Positions 13,316 to 26,964 of a stretch of DNA of 64,000 nt are shown one piece after another; position 1 is the first letter of the stretch; each line of letters begins with the position of its first letter. Under the pieces are notes generated by a model. The model was not told the origin of the DNA. It saw nothing but the letters and a program-made list of their open reading frames with translations, and did not search any database. Origin of the DNA: Octopus vulgaris (taxonomy: Eukaryota). The stretch lies in NCBI GenBank assembly GCA_951406725.2, contig OX597830.1:49228001-49292000 (forward strand), written 5' to 3'. A program made the position numbers and the translations under genes.

Positions 13316-13568
13316 GTCAGGGTCACCGCGACTGGTGAGTCGAAGAGGAAGTGATATAGAGATATAGAGATATAGAGAGATTGCTTATAACATAGTGAAC
13401 TGTCCAGAGAGCATCGGAGAACCAGGTGATGATGTTCAATAATAATAACGAGTGTGCTCTGTTAAAGACACGGTGACCGATGAAGCTTATCTCGACATAC
13501 CAAGACAATCTTATACCGATTTGAACACGGAATGCTGAAAGACGACATAAAACTTCCACTGCTTTACA
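13316..13568. mobile_element. Possible solo LTR
   Basis: TG...CA-bounded, GC-richer block. No target-site duplication (TSD) seen. Confidence 0.25.
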
Positions 13569-15719
13569 GAGAAACTATACTATGCTCTTAATTTGTTGTT
13601 TTAATGCAGGAAATTTGTTGTTTTAATCCAAGGAAACATACACACAAACACACACACATATATCAATCATCAGGTACATGAAAAGCAAAGTTAATCTTAG
13701 AGGGATTTAAACGTAAAACGACACGGTGTCGGGATAAGTATTATAAATGTTCAGCCTCCTTGTTTTCCTGATAATCGGTAATATTCGGTACCTAAGATGG
13801 AAACGGCTAATTGTTAATTTGGATAACAATATTTTTAGGTAATGAAACTAAATTGGTTTGTTACCTGAGTACAGAATTCAAAAATAGCTAAACACAGTTA
13901 ATATTTAGTGCAGATATAACGAAGTATACTATTAAATTAAGTAATTAATGAAATATCAATGATCATAGACATGATGGCGTATCCATCTAATTTTGTTGTT
14001 TTTGGCGCGAGGGAATATGTTGCAATATTTCACATCAACATATTTATGAAGAAAGAGAATTCACAGGAGATAAATGGTTCATTTATAATAGCAATGCCAC
14101 ACAAATATCTGTTCAATTACCATACTACATTCAATTTTCAACTATATTATTTATCCACAGTTCAATATCAACCGAGGAACGATAAAACTAATGGGGAATG
14201 GGTCTCTCAGTTGCTCTTAAGCATTCGATCAGACATCTCTGGGAGTATGTCCACAACAACAGTCAGTAAATAGTTCTGTTACAATTATGTAATAAATTTA
14301 TATTTTCTAAGCCATCGTAGGCACACAATAACCATAGTTTTTGGAGGGTCAGCAAAGACAAGAGGTGTAAACAGACAAAAAACAAACAAATAGACAGAAA
14401 TACAGACAGACAGGCATTCACACATACGCACACAAACACAGGAACACACAGAAACACAGGAACACACACACACCCAAATACGGTTTATTGATTTAGGATG
14501 AATATTGCTTAATCCTTTACATTTAAGAGGTGATCCTTGCCTACAAACATTTCCTTAAGAAATCATGTACATATACTCGGCAATAACGTGAAATGAGCAA
14601 ATATTATAAAACGTATTCTTTCACCACACGACCACGTGAATCACATGCAATGAATTTGAACAGCGATCAATGAGAATTCAATCCGATACATTGTCAACTT
14701 GATCACATTGTTCTTATATGTTCATATTATAGGAGGTCTCAATATATTAACCTAGATATATGTTTACTACTATCTGTTCTGAGAAAAGAAATCTAGTGTT
14801 TAATATATCATTAATAATTCAATATACTGCTGGGACGACACAGGAAATCTCACTGTGAGACCGGAACTTTGTCTATATTCATTTTTCATTCTTGGTCACT
14901 TCACTCACGGTGATTTTCGTTCTTCCTCATAAATATAGACCAATCATGTTCAGTCAAATGGCGGCAAATCCTTATCGAGGTTGAATGCCATTATAACAAG
15001 CAGCAATCTGTTTCATATATATAGTATATTCGCTTTCATTAGATGTACAGCTTATATCTTTTAAACAATAAACCTCGTGATAAACAAATATTCGAAGATA
15101 AACTAGCAATGCTGTGTTGTACGTTTATGAACAAGAAGAGGACAAAACTAAGCAGATATTAGTAAAAATGTGACAATGAATAGATGTTTTATCAAGGTGT
15201 AATAATACTGCTTTATTTATACTCATTTATTTATCAGTGTTCTATGATATCAACACTTCTGTTAGTTGCTACTAAGGCCCGGGTCAGATAAAAAACAAGC
15301 CTCTTATATCTTCAATATATATAAAAAGTCATATTTGATTTAAACTTATTCTATCAAACACACTCACAACTTTGTAGTTAATTAAAATGATATATCATTG
15401 CATATTTTGTCTTTATTGAATCGAATCGATGTAAATTCATGGAAATGATTGATACAGTATTCCAGACTGGTCCTTTACCTAATTTTTACAGCAATAGGTA
15501 CTATTAGAGCCATTCTGTTGTATTACTGACGAGGTGTATTTACATAGGTGGACTGTGTTTACTGGGAGGAGCTAAGTTTCAGCATGGTGTCTATATACAG
15601 CTAGTTGGACTCAATAATTTAAATGTTTGTTGTCTTAAACCTTGGAGTCTTTCTCTATGAATTTATTTGACCACAAATTTGTTTATCTCAATGAAAAAGA
15701 ATGCAATGAGCCTCTTTAA

Positions 15720-15880
15720 TAAGAAACAAAAGACCAAACAAGATGACGTCCGCCATTATTGTTGACTGCAGTCAGCAAAAGAGTAAAATAGTTCAATTGT
15801 GTTATCAGGCACATATCGTAGATGTGAGCCACAACCTGAAAACGAAACGTGATCTGAAATTAGTGTGAATTTGTAATATA
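15720..15880. repeat. Local 161-bp direct duplication, copy B
   Basis: Matches 11653-11813. Confidence 0.92.
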
Positions 15881-17369
15881 TGCCAATACGTTGTCTTTTA
15901 CTAAATTCTTTATCTTTAGGATATTCCTCGGATGTTAAAAACTACACCAAATCAAATTTATAGCAATTGATTCGTAACGAATACATTCTTGTCAGATATG
16001 TTAGGACATCCGGTGTAATAAGACCGTTGAATTTTTGTTGGACGGTGAACTTCACTCAAGGATAATTATCTAAACACTTAATTCAACTCGCGACGCAAAA
16101 GAGTTTTCATATTTGAACCCTTTCAACTGTTTCGAAGCTATATTTCGTTTAATGCAATCACAAAACGTTTACTCGATATTTCTATAAACCGGCCAGTATG
16201 GTGATGACTTGGGCTTTATTGATTTCAGTTCTAAATTCACTCATATGACTCTTGAGCCTGCTTTAGTAAGGGATCCAAAGGTCTTAACTTAAACATAGAT
16301 TAGGGGTTTCTTACTTCCAGTATCCTAGACTCATGTATATTATGACATGAGAAAAATTGTGACAATCGCAGTAAAGCGGTCTATAAGATTACCAGGAACT
16401 ATAAATAATGTGCAATCCCTTTACTGGGAATAAAACATCTGAAGTTGAGCTCTTTTTCAATTAATTCCATAAATTTGTGGTAAATTCCCAAAGTAGACAC
16501 AGAATGGATCATGAATTCTTAGCATGTTTATATTGACGTAATTAACCCGAAATGGAATTGTCATTATTTAGAGTGACGCACGGGGTGTTACAAGATGTAG
16601 GTTTTGATAGTTTTGCAGTTGACAATGGAGAGATCAGCAGTCACCTGTTGCTGGCAATGAATTGCCATACGCTATGTCTGTTATCACAGTAAGTATTCTC
16701 TGAGTATTAAGGCATCTCTGATACCCAACAGTGAAATAAATCAATTCGGCTTTCTGAAAATATCTTCAGCCAAGTACAAACACCCCCTTGCTCCCCAATG
16801 CGACACAACTGAGCAATTTACATGTGACATCTTAGATTACAGTGTTAATTTCAAATCCTCAAAGGTGATAAGCCAGGCCATGGGTTATGCCCGGCCTGGG
16901 TGATCTTGCTAATGAGATATCCTCGAGATGATAGCTTGCTTTACTGGAAATAGTATACACACTTAGATTTAAAAAAAAAATGTGATTATACTTTAATATA
17001 TTCCCATAAATAGAATTTTATAAACCTATTTTCTATACAAGTATGATATAAAAATATATAAGGCGCTTTGCTGATGGGCGTGTGTGTATGAATGTATGCA
17101 TGCACACATGCTTTTGTCTGAATTTTCTATGGGCTGAATTCATGTAGATGTATTTACCCCACACCTAAGTAATAATATTTGTAAAAGACTAATAGAAAAC
17201 ATACTGATTCATAGCAATACATGAAATACAGGAGAAACGATGTTTAAATTTTCATTTCGATATTCATTTAAATCAGTACTTCTCGAAGTAGGCGGGACCC
17301 ATCCACTCTACTAGGAGGCGGCGGGAAATTTTATATGGGTACCAATTCTCAGTATCATTTAAAAAAATA

Positions 17370-17565
17370 TTGGTTTCAGCAATTTTAAGGGACAGACAAG
17401 TCAATTGCATCGATAATAGCATCCAACTGGTACTTTCTTTAACCGACGCCGAGAGAATGAAAGGCATAGTTCACCTCGGCGGAATTTGAACTCAGAATAT
17501 AGAGTTCTGAAGTGAGAACGCGTTTTGCCCGGCTTCCTCACAATTCTGCCATTTCGCCGCCTTAC
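17370..17565 (-). mobile_element. Nin/Deu-domain-like SINE
   Basis: aactggtact...gaatgaaaggcatagttcacctcggcggaatttgaactcagaa...tctgccatttcgccgcctt. Confidence 0.8.
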
Positions 17566-18042
17566 ACCTTTTAGCGAATATAATGTTAATCAGCTTGACA
17601 ATAACAATGAAAATAAGAATTAAAATCTGAAAACATATTCCAGCTGATAGCCGCAGGTATATACATATGAAATGAGATGTGCTTAACTTTGGCCGAAACG
17701 ACGTGTTAACAGTTGGGTGTTGAATTTTAATCAGGTGGCATTGATTAGAATTTGGTAGATAAGAAATAGGGACAGCAGCTGAAGGGAATCTGCGAAGTGC
17801 TGATTAAGATGATCCTATTGAGCTCCTCTACGTTTTCATAAAAATCCACTCATACACTCAATTCCATCACACACAAATGCGACAAACCAACGGATACTCT
17901 CTTCTACACAAAAACTTACAACTAAATCAACACAGATACACTCTTGTATACACCTCTCTCTCTATATATATATTTCCATTTTGTGAGAATGTATATATAT
18001 AACTGTAAATATATATTTGTTTGCATTGCTTTCTCTCTCTCT

Positions 18043-18073
<31 letters not shown>

Positions 18074-18650
18074 CACACACACACAAATACACACACACAT
18101 ATTTAACCGTCTGCTTGTTTATTTGTGTGTATTTAACTTAATTGAGGTCTATGAACTTATTTCCAACTCTTGTAACGCTCTGAATACTTTCACTGATTAT
18201 TGATAAATTCCAACAGCGATACGTTGACAGGTTGATGAGTTTGCATAATGGAACTTTCCTCCCATTCCATTGTTAATTGGCAGCATTAATGACAAGCCTA
18301 AGTGGAATCTATTGCTGTTTGTCTTCTGCCGATTTGACCAATGGAGTCACGACGTTAAGCCGGCTGCTTAATCCCGTATGGAGCAACAGGTAAAGTTGAG
18401 TTTGTTACTCCGTTTATTTGCCTCCAAGTTTCGAGTACATGTGGTAGCAGCACGTCTAAATATATGGGAGATTGAGATGAGGAAAGAGAAAAATTAATTA
18501 GAGTGGATGAAACCAAGTTAACGAAGTGATTTTCTCAAGCTAATAAAAAGAAGTGAAACAGAATTAAATGCTGAAAAAATTGGTTTCATGTATCTAACTA
18601 TTTATACATATTTATATACATATTTATACACACACAGACACACACATATA

Positions 18651-19642
18651 TACGATTATCAAAAAGTTCCCGGACTAGTTATGTTTAATAAAAATAAGTT
18701 ATTTACCTTGGGCAGCAATACAACAGTCTCAGCGTACCTTCTACTGTTGAAATCCGGCCTGGAGGTCGTATTCCATAAGCGAGTCGAGGACCATTTTGCG
18801 AGTCGCTCCTGATCTTGATAACGGTGTTAAAACGGTGACCTTGGAAGTGTCTTTTCATCTTGGGGAATTTCGAAAGTGCTAAATCTGGTGAGTAGGGTAG
18901 GTGCGGAAGCGATGCCATGATGTTTGTCGCAATAAACACACGAGTGAGGAGAGAGCTCAGCGATAGGGTGAATTTTTTCGTCGTGAAGAATCCAATTCTT
19001 CGCGCTCCGCAGATCCGGTCGCTTTCGCCGAATGTTCTTCCTCAAACGCTTTAAAACGTCACAGTAGAACTCTCGATTGACAGTCTGGCCCTCGGAGATA
19101 AATTCCTGATGACCACGCTTTTGATTGAGCTGCGGCTCCGTCGTACCTTCATCAATCGTGGGCTCTTCCATTGCGACGACTGCTGTTTCGTCTCGGGGTC
19201 CCACCCGTAGAACCAACTCTCGTCATCGGTGTTGTTCCTTGACATGAAGGACGGGTCATCAGCGACACGCGGATGCGTATCTTGGCAGGTTTCAATGGGA
19301 TGTTCTTTGTGCTCGGTGGTTAGCAGGCAGGAACAAATTTGGCAGGAACATGCCGCATGTTTAATCCAGATGTTAGGGTTACCTGCAGGGACCCATAAGA
19401 CTCAGCATCAGTAATGTCGTTCATCTCCTCTGTCGATTCTCTTGTACAAGCTGATGAGTTTTCTAAACATTTCCGGGGATGACGGTTGTGGCAGCTCTAC
19501 CAGATTTCTGATCGTCTTCCAGGAACGTTCTTCCTTTTTGAAGCGCTAGTGCCAGTCGAAACCTTGAGTGCGGCCAATTGCCTCAACGCTGTAAGCTTGC
19601 AGGAGCATGTCTCTGCAGCAGACTTCCCAAGTTTAACGAAAT
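18651..19642 (-). mobile_element. Decayed mariner transposon, 5' end lost at a SINE junction
   Basis: Minus-strand peptides FVKLGKSAAET, DDESWFYGWDPETKQQSSQWKSP, EFISEGQTVNREFYCDVLKRLRKNIRRKRPDL..NWILHD, LPYSPDLA and FPKMK..FQGHRF. TIR-like end tacgattatcaaaaagttcccggact. Confidence 0.92.
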
Positions 19643-19644
19643 GC

Positions 19645-19880
19645 CGGTGGGGGACAAACAAAGACACGTACGTACACACAAACACACCCTCACACACACA
19701 AACACCCTCACACACAAACTTATATGACGGGCTTCTTGCAGTTTCTGTCTAACTCACAAGGTCTTTCTAGGCCCGAGGCTATATTAGAAGACATTTGCCC
19801 AAGGTACCACACAGTACAATAGAACCGAGAACCATGTTTGGGAAGCAAGCTTCATGCCACATAGTCATGCCTGTGCCTAT
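19645..19880 (-). mobile_element. tRNA-derived SINE family A (partial)
   Basis: gacgggcttcttgcagtttc...gcccaaggtaccacacagt...gccacatagtcatgcctgtgcct is the rc of the 40866 copy. Confidence 0.85.
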
Positions 19881-20210
19881 GTATATATATATATATACAC
19901 ATAGGTACAGGCATGACTATCTGGTAAGAAGGTTGCTTCCCAAGCATTGTTCTCGGGTCTTGTATATATATATATACAAATATATATATACATATGTATA
20001 TATATACATATATATATATTCATATATATGTATATATATATGCATATATATATATACAAATATATATATATATATATACATATATGTATACACATGTATA
20101 TATATATGTATGTATATATATATGTGTATATATCTATATCTATCTATCTATCTATCTATCTATATATATATATACACACACATACACACACACAAACACC
20201 CTTATACACA

Positions 20211-20313
<103 letters not shown>

Positions 20314-20320
20314 AAGTATA

Positions 20321-20721
20321 TCGTGCGGCTACTGTTTATACCTCCCCCAGAGATTTATTATTGCCTGTTTCCACTTTTTCGAGATCAGTGACTCTTCGTT
20401 GTCGGAAAAAGTATATATATATATTTGCATTGAGAATCACTTCTCATCGAAAACCGGTGGTTGACACACGCTGATGACGGGTCAATACTCAGAAACTCGG
20501 GTCCTTGTGTATCACGTCAGGCTGGAGATGGGAATGATGACTTCCCTTTACAAATACTGATAGGGCACAGACAGTGTGTCAATAGCCAGATGGAGGAGAT
20601 TCCTCTTGGGACTACAAGCTACAGTAGTATCAACCCTTAAGGGTTAGCCACATTTGGTGGCAAATATATTTCACGATGTCGTGCGGCTACTGTTTATACC
20701 TCGCTCAGAGATTTATTATTG

Positions 20722-20722
<1 letters not shown>
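20321..20722 (+). mobile_element. Retrozyme/Penelope-like unit: 358-bp monomer plus 44-bp terminal direct repeat, with hammerhead
   Basis: Direct repeat tcgtgcggctactgtttatacctc..cagagatttattattgc at 20321-20364 and 20679-20722 (2 mismatches). Contains an internal hammerhead motif and is flanked by (TATC)n and (TA)n. Confidence 0.7.
20464..20510 (+). ncRNA. Type I hammerhead ribozyme motif (degenerate)
   Basis: ACACACG-CTGATGA-CGGGT-caat-ACTCA-GAAA-CTCGGG-TC-CTTGTGT: canonical CUGAUGA/GAAA/GUC core, with a few stem mismatches. Confidence 0.75.
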
Positions 20723-20763
<41 letters not shown>

Positions 20764-21299
20764 TATATGCATATTCTCATTCCCTTTTTTCTCCTCCTCT
20801 ATTTCTGGGATTTGTTCCTTTACTCATTGCCTTCTGCGTAACACTCACCTATCCTTATGTTAACCCTCTGTGTGTGTCTCTCTCTCTTGCCATATCCCAA
20901 CGTCTCTATACGATGTTAAGCGTACCCGGAGAAATCAAGCAACCGAGAAACCAACAAACCATCCAATCAACATTGACACTTACTAGATTATGTAAAATGT
21001 ATATTTTGTTTTGTTTTACTTGCTTCATAACATTATTCCCTACTTAAATGCACTTGCAAGTGTTCCTAAATATTAATGTATATTTCTGTACAAGTCCATA
21101 TAAAATATACTCCAAAATTTGTATGGTGTTCACAACCTTGCCAACTACATTAGAAATGGGTGCAAAACTGAATCAGAAATACATATATCACCGTGGATAT
21201 AGGAATAAAAGTATTTCTAGGCCAGTTTCTGAGGACAGAAATAATATTCTATTCTCTTTACTAAATAGTAGATAAGAGCGCTGTTTGAAGTCAAAAAAT

Positions 21300-21545
21300 A
21301 GTGAGCCAAGGAAATGCCTCTACGTGGTTACTCTACTTGCCACTAATAACAACCAGATCTTCCTTAAATCACTTACAATCCTCTAAAACACAATACAGCA
21401 GATAATGTAATTAAATGCTAAAAGGAAAAGATGGGTCAGTCACGTTTGTAATGTCTTTGATTATGTCTGATCCATCAGTGCAGACGCGTGACTAAGCAAG
21501 AAGAGTAACAGTTTAATCTGTGACTAAACAACAATGAACCCAATA
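21300..21545 (+). mobile_element. Ancient SINE 3' part (related to 63100-63310)
   Basis: Shares cgtggttactc..aataacaaccagatcttccttaaatcac and gatgggtcagtca..ctttgatt motifs with 63100-63310. Confidence 0.45.
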
Positions 21546-22231
21546 ACAACAAACAGAAGAGAAATCTCAGCATTTAGTCCAACGGTTTTGTTGCTTTACT
21601 CAACACATGATGTTTGATAATTAGAACAGTGCTGTCAGCAATTAAAGGGGCAATTTGGGGAAGCGTAGACTATAGCAAAGGGAAACACTTCAAGTCACCA
21701 ATGTTAACCATTTTATTGACTGACGAGCGACGGCAACTTCGGTTCTAGTAAATACTAAACCCAGGACTTTACAATACAATAAATTCTGTAACCATTCTAT
21801 TAATGTAATACACTCTGCAGTTTCTGTCAACTCCTAATCATTCAGAATTTACAATAAATCTTGTTTTGGTTCAATATTAAGTGTTTAGCTGAAAGATTCC
21901 TACTTGAATTGTCTCAGAACACTACAATTACACTTTAAGTCTTGCAAAACAAAATCTCCTTCAACATATGTGTGGTTGCTTTCTTTTCTCATTCACTCGT
22001 AGTTCAGAGAGACAGATGCACTAATGATTTGCTTTTGTTATTTTAGAACTTCTGTACTTCACATCTCCCTACAGACACATTTCATGTAGTTTCACAGAAA
22101 CTTCAATGTGTACATAACAACTTCGAGCTAGTAACATAATAATCCTGAAATGAATTTGAAATTTTTGTTTCGGAAGGAATGGAGAATTCCCCTCAAACCG
22201 ATTCTTTTCATCTGAATGTCTGTCAGTCTGC

Positions 22232-22283
<52 letters not shown>

Positions 22284-22310
22284 ATATCTATCTATCTATC
22301 TATCTATCTA

Positions 22311-22513
22311 TCCTTTTTTTTTCTTTTTATTGTTTTTCTTTTTTATTTTATTTATTTATTTACTTTTTTTGTTCTTTTCTTCCCTTTTACGATCCCTCTT
22401 GATCGAAAACCTACGCCACCCCCTTTTTTGTGTTTTCTTCATCCCCCAAAAGAAAAGCTCTACCTTGTAACTTGTCCCATCTGTGTGCAGCCCTGTGTGG
22501 CCAATAAAGAAAC

Positions 22514-22516
<3 letters not shown>
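22311..22516 (+). mobile_element. 3'-end-only copy of the (TATC)n-associated Tx1 family
   Basis: ttttacgatccctcttgatcgaaaac...aaaagaaaa...cttgtaac...ctgtgtgcag...aataaagaaac matches 9108-9257. (TATC)n lies on both sides. Confidence 0.88.
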
Positions 22517-22603
<87 letters not shown>

Positions 22604-22624
22604 GTCTATCTGTCTGTCTGTCTA

Positions 22625-22676
<52 letters not shown>

Positions 22677-23299
22677 TGTCTATCTGGCTGCTTGTGAAAA
22701 TCTCTGCAATGAGGCAAAATGTGGACTGCAAATAAATCAGAACGGATGAAATATTCCAAATAAAAGAGCAATGATCTACTCTCCCCCGCGACTGTTAATT
22801 GGTGCAAGATGTTGTCCAGATACTACTAAAGGACAACAAAAACTGGAAGAGGTCAGGAGACGATAACATTCATGATATCCACTGTTAGAATAGATGCTTG
22901 CGAAATATCTAAACACTAAATACAGAAGCAGTACATGACTGGCTCAATGAAAGGGCAAAAAGTACTTTAACGTATCTCTAGTCTTTGCTGGTTTTGAAGT
23001 TTTAGGATTTAACCACAATCTACAGTAGGCGCAGAAGGTGTTTGACACGCGAATCTTGGAGACAATACCTTTGAGTGCGGTAGCACCATTTATGAAGGCA
23101 CATTAAACATATTACAGATAAAAATACGTTATTCTGTAATTATCACAAAAGGAAACATTGTAAAAACTAATTTTTGATTTTTTACAAAAAGAAATATTGT
23201 AAGGGTGTCCATTTTTCCAATTTGTTTTGTTCCTAGTGCCAAGAATTTTACTCAACAATTTGACTCGGTTAATTGCCCATCCATAACATATATATACAT

Positions 23300-23880
23300 C
23301 TTTTGTAGGTGACTAACTTCATGTTGTACACTGAGGGTGTTGAAGAACTAGAAACACGACTACAGACAATGCATGGACTTTCTGGAGGATTTGATATGAA
23401 TTAGACTAGAAAATGTACTATGCAAGCTTGAAAAACTAGAAATGAATTAAGAAATGCAATATCAATGTTAAATAAATATAAAAGTAGATCTAAGAAATTA
23501 AGAAGTAACAGGAACTTAAAATTACTTAAAATTACTGAGAAATTAGTAAACACAATTCTTAGAAATGGTTAAGAAAATATAATATCATTAGATTAAAGAT
23601 TGTTACTGAAGTAAATATAAAAAGATAGGTAATCGTTATTCTCATTTGGAATGTAAATTTATTAAAGAAACTAGACAGAAATTAAAGACAGAAAATAATC
23701 TACATTTAAAAAAAATCACCCACAACATTACGTCGAGAGATTATATTTACTGTAAATACGGGGAGTAAGGACTTTATTTCAAAGGAAAACTAGATAAGTC
23801 TGCGACTCATGATGGCAGTTCAAGTTGATAATTCCAAAACGCTTTCATCCATGCAAGAAATAAATCTTTGATTCGCCAGT
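23300..23880 (+). mobile_element. Highly degraded R4/Dong-like RT remnant
   Basis: Faint traces of HLLYxDD.., FGLEKC, YKYL and GGRGL-like codons (cttcatgttgtacactgag, ttagactagaaaatgt, ggagtaaggactt), with many stops. Confidence 0.4.
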
Positions 23881-24480
23881 AAGTGTCTAATTTTCTCGGG
23901 AAATCTATGAATAAGTTTCCAACAAAAGTTTATTTTTATTTCACTGCTCCCATCTTCCTTGTTTGCTCTTCAACATCCCCAACTTCGTCTGCATTAGCAG
24001 TAACAACTAAGAAAATATTACAAATGGCAAATCATATTACAAATTACTGCAGTTAAGTCACATCTTAAAGCTTACACTAAGAATCAACTAACTTTTCATA
24101 TGTTTATAAACCTTGGAAGCAGACAGGAAAAATCCAGTTTTGGCACAAACTCAATTAAGATCTGATACGAACGTTTACGAAAGCACAGCAGGTAGTACAT
24201 GAAACAAGCCAATATTTTCTAAAAACTCCTCTGCAGATGGCTCTATAGTGAGAAACTTTAATCAACTCGATTAAAATGTCTGATTTTACTTCAATGCTCG
24301 TCATGATATTTTCTTCTGATATGTAGCTCTGTGTTGTCTCAAGGAATTATAGTTTTGAAATATGAAAACGTTTAAGACGCTCAGGCTGTTTTCCTAAATA
24401 AAACAAATAATAAATAAGAGAGTACCTCGCATCTATGGCACTCAAAATTCGGTAGGGAATTATGTTAACAGAAAGGATAG

Positions 24481-24623
24481 CAGTTACTTATGTTATATTT
24501 CTGGATTAAATGTACGTTATGCCTGTATCTGTGTTCTAACATAAATTCAAGGCTATCTTTTCTGTTAGAACACAGATACAGGCATAACGTACATTTAATC
24601 CAGAAATATAACATAAGTAACTG
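24481..24623. repeat. Perfect 61-bp inverted repeat with 21-nt loop
   Basis: 24481-24541 is the exact reverse complement of 24563-24623. Confidence 0.95.
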
Positions 24624-24729
24624 TGTAATATTGTCTTTGGAATAAATCACATTGCACAATATTGTAAGTGAACAGTTGAGTTGCATACGTAACTACATCT
24701 TTTATACAGACCAAGTTATCTGAGCTATT

Positions 24730-24954
24730 TACTCTTTTACTCTTGTACCGGTTTCAGTCATTTGACTGCGGCCATGCTGGAGCACCACCTTTAGTCGAGC
24801 AAATCGACCCCAGGTCTTATTCTTTGGAAGCTTAGTACTTATTCAATCGTTTTTTTTGCCGAACCGCTAAGTTACCGGGACGTAAGCACACCACCATCGG
24901 TTGTCAAGCGATGGTGGTGGGGGACAAACACAGACACACAAACATATACACACA

Positions 24955-25017
<63 letters not shown>

Positions 25018-25172
25018 GACGGGCTTCTTTCAGTTTCCGTCTACCAAATCCACTCACAAAGATTTCGTCGGCCCTAGGCTATAGCAGAAGTCCCTCGCGC
25101 AAGGTGCCACGCAGTGGGAATGAACCCGGAACCATGTGGTTGGTAATCAAGCTACTTACCACACAGTCACAC
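24730..25172 (-). mobile_element. tRNA-derived SINE family A, full length
   Basis: rc of 40866-41270, including the internal (TA)n and the (AAGAGTA)n tail. Confidence 0.92.
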
Positions 25173-25778
25173 CTTTTGGGTAAACATTTAAATAAGCAAC
25201 AGGACCAACGAGGCTTGTTGAATATCGTTTCACTTGCTCAGCGAATGAGTCAGTCATTCCACAATAGCGTGTCTTTACAGTATTGTTTGTTTCCTTCTGA
25301 ACGAAAACAAACACTGCATATAATTACAGAACTCTAAACAAAACAGCCCTACGTAGCTCTAATCTTTGCATTGTGCAGCTTATCAAGAGATATTATCAAT
25401 AGATCACAAAGAATGGAGCGCAAAGAAAAAAAGAGTCTTACTGTATGTCGATCTGAACCAGTGTCCTATTAAATAGAAGCAATATACCTTATCGACTCGA
25501 CTACAACGATATTGCAATTCTAGCGTAGCATTGTATATTAATAATAATATATTAATAACTGATAATTGATATCCCACTGATCGATATTGATTTATCATGA
25601 TTCACAGTCAGGCGATTTCCGATTATTCTGTGTTCGTTGCGTATCGTTAGGTGTGTATACTATATGTATATAAGCACAAACAAATGTAATAATATACATA
25701 CATATTTAATATATTTTATGCATGCAGTTGTGCATATTGATTGCTTTATGTAACTCTACGTAATTATAACATACTTTC

Positions 25779-25779
<1 letters not shown>

Positions 25780-25809
<30 letters not shown>

Positions 25810-25867
25810 TGTATGTATGTATGTATGTATGTATGTATGTATGTATGTATCTATCTATCTATCTACC

Positions 25868-25958
<91 letters not shown>

Positions 25959-25960
25959 TT
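25780..25960. repeat. (TATG)n-(TATC)n microsatellite
   Basis: Directly visible. Confidence 0.95.
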
Positions 25961-26347
25961 ACATACTCCAGCACATCTATTCATATTTCACGGAGTCTCT
26001 GTCGGTTTCGACTATGAGCATTCAGTTGTTCGCTAAACTGAACTACCACCACATTAATCGTAATTCCCGGTCCTAGGGCAGAACTATTAAATCACAGCCA
26101 TATTTCTCAAATGGCCTTCAATACAGTTTCCGTCTCCACCTAATTTTACCCACAAGACCTGAATACATCCAAAGCTATATTCCAAAACTGAGACCTCATG
26201 GTTGATAAGTAAATTCCATAACCATTCGGCATTGCTTGTATCCATAACACTCACTCGCACTTAAATATACGTAAACACATACATAAGTATATATATATAT
26301 ACACATATGTGTAACTATGTGTTTGTACATATGTGTAACTATGTGTT

Positions 26348-26385
<38 letters not shown>

Positions 26386-26577
26386 CATGCACACACACAA
26401 GCATAACACCCACAAGCATAACACCCACATACATATATTTATATAGATATGAATTATTTAACATACATAAATTAACTGCTTAATTCGTACTGTTATGAAT
26501 ACATCCATGCGTATATATATATATATATATATACATCTAACTGTATATGTATATCTGTGTTTCCTTATATATATATA

Positions 26578-26964
26578 CTAGCAGTATCGCCCGGCGTTGC
26601 TCAGGTTTGTAAGGGAAATAACTATAAAGCATTTTTAGAGAGTTATAGCCAAAAAATAGCAAAAAAATGGAAAAAAAATGATGGTAAATTTTTTTTTTTG
26701 AGAGTTAAAAAAGGTGGAGTTGCGTCCCCTAGACAGTTTGTGGTTTGTGTTTCTGATTCTCGACCCCATGTCGAATTTATCGATTTTTTTCAGAACTGGG
26801 GAACTTTTCAAAATTTTCGCTGCGTTAGTTTTGAATTATGACATTGGGCTATGTGTGTGTCAAGTTTCATCAGAATCGGTTGAAAGCCGTGGTCAGGGTG
26901 AGGGTACAACCTGACAGACACACAGAAACACGCACAGACAAACTGCCGTTTATATAGAGAGAGA
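26578..26964 (-). mobile_element. Non-autonomous Helitron
   Basis: rc begins A|TCTCTCTCTATATAAACGGCAG and ends CCTGAGCAACGCCGGGCGATACTGCTAG|T. This gives a 5' TC, a subterminal GC-rich hairpin, a 3' CTAG, an A|T insertion site and no TSD. Confidence 0.88.

Noticed and set aside
16619-16694. Plus-strand AG...GTAAGT-bounded 70-nt candidate exon
   Set aside because: Isolated, with no recognisable peptide; such signals are frequent by chance.
18446-18469. tagcagcacgtctaaatatatggg resembles vertebrate miR-15/16
   Set aside because: No convincing complementary arm on either side, and the family is not expected in molluscs; treated as coincidence.
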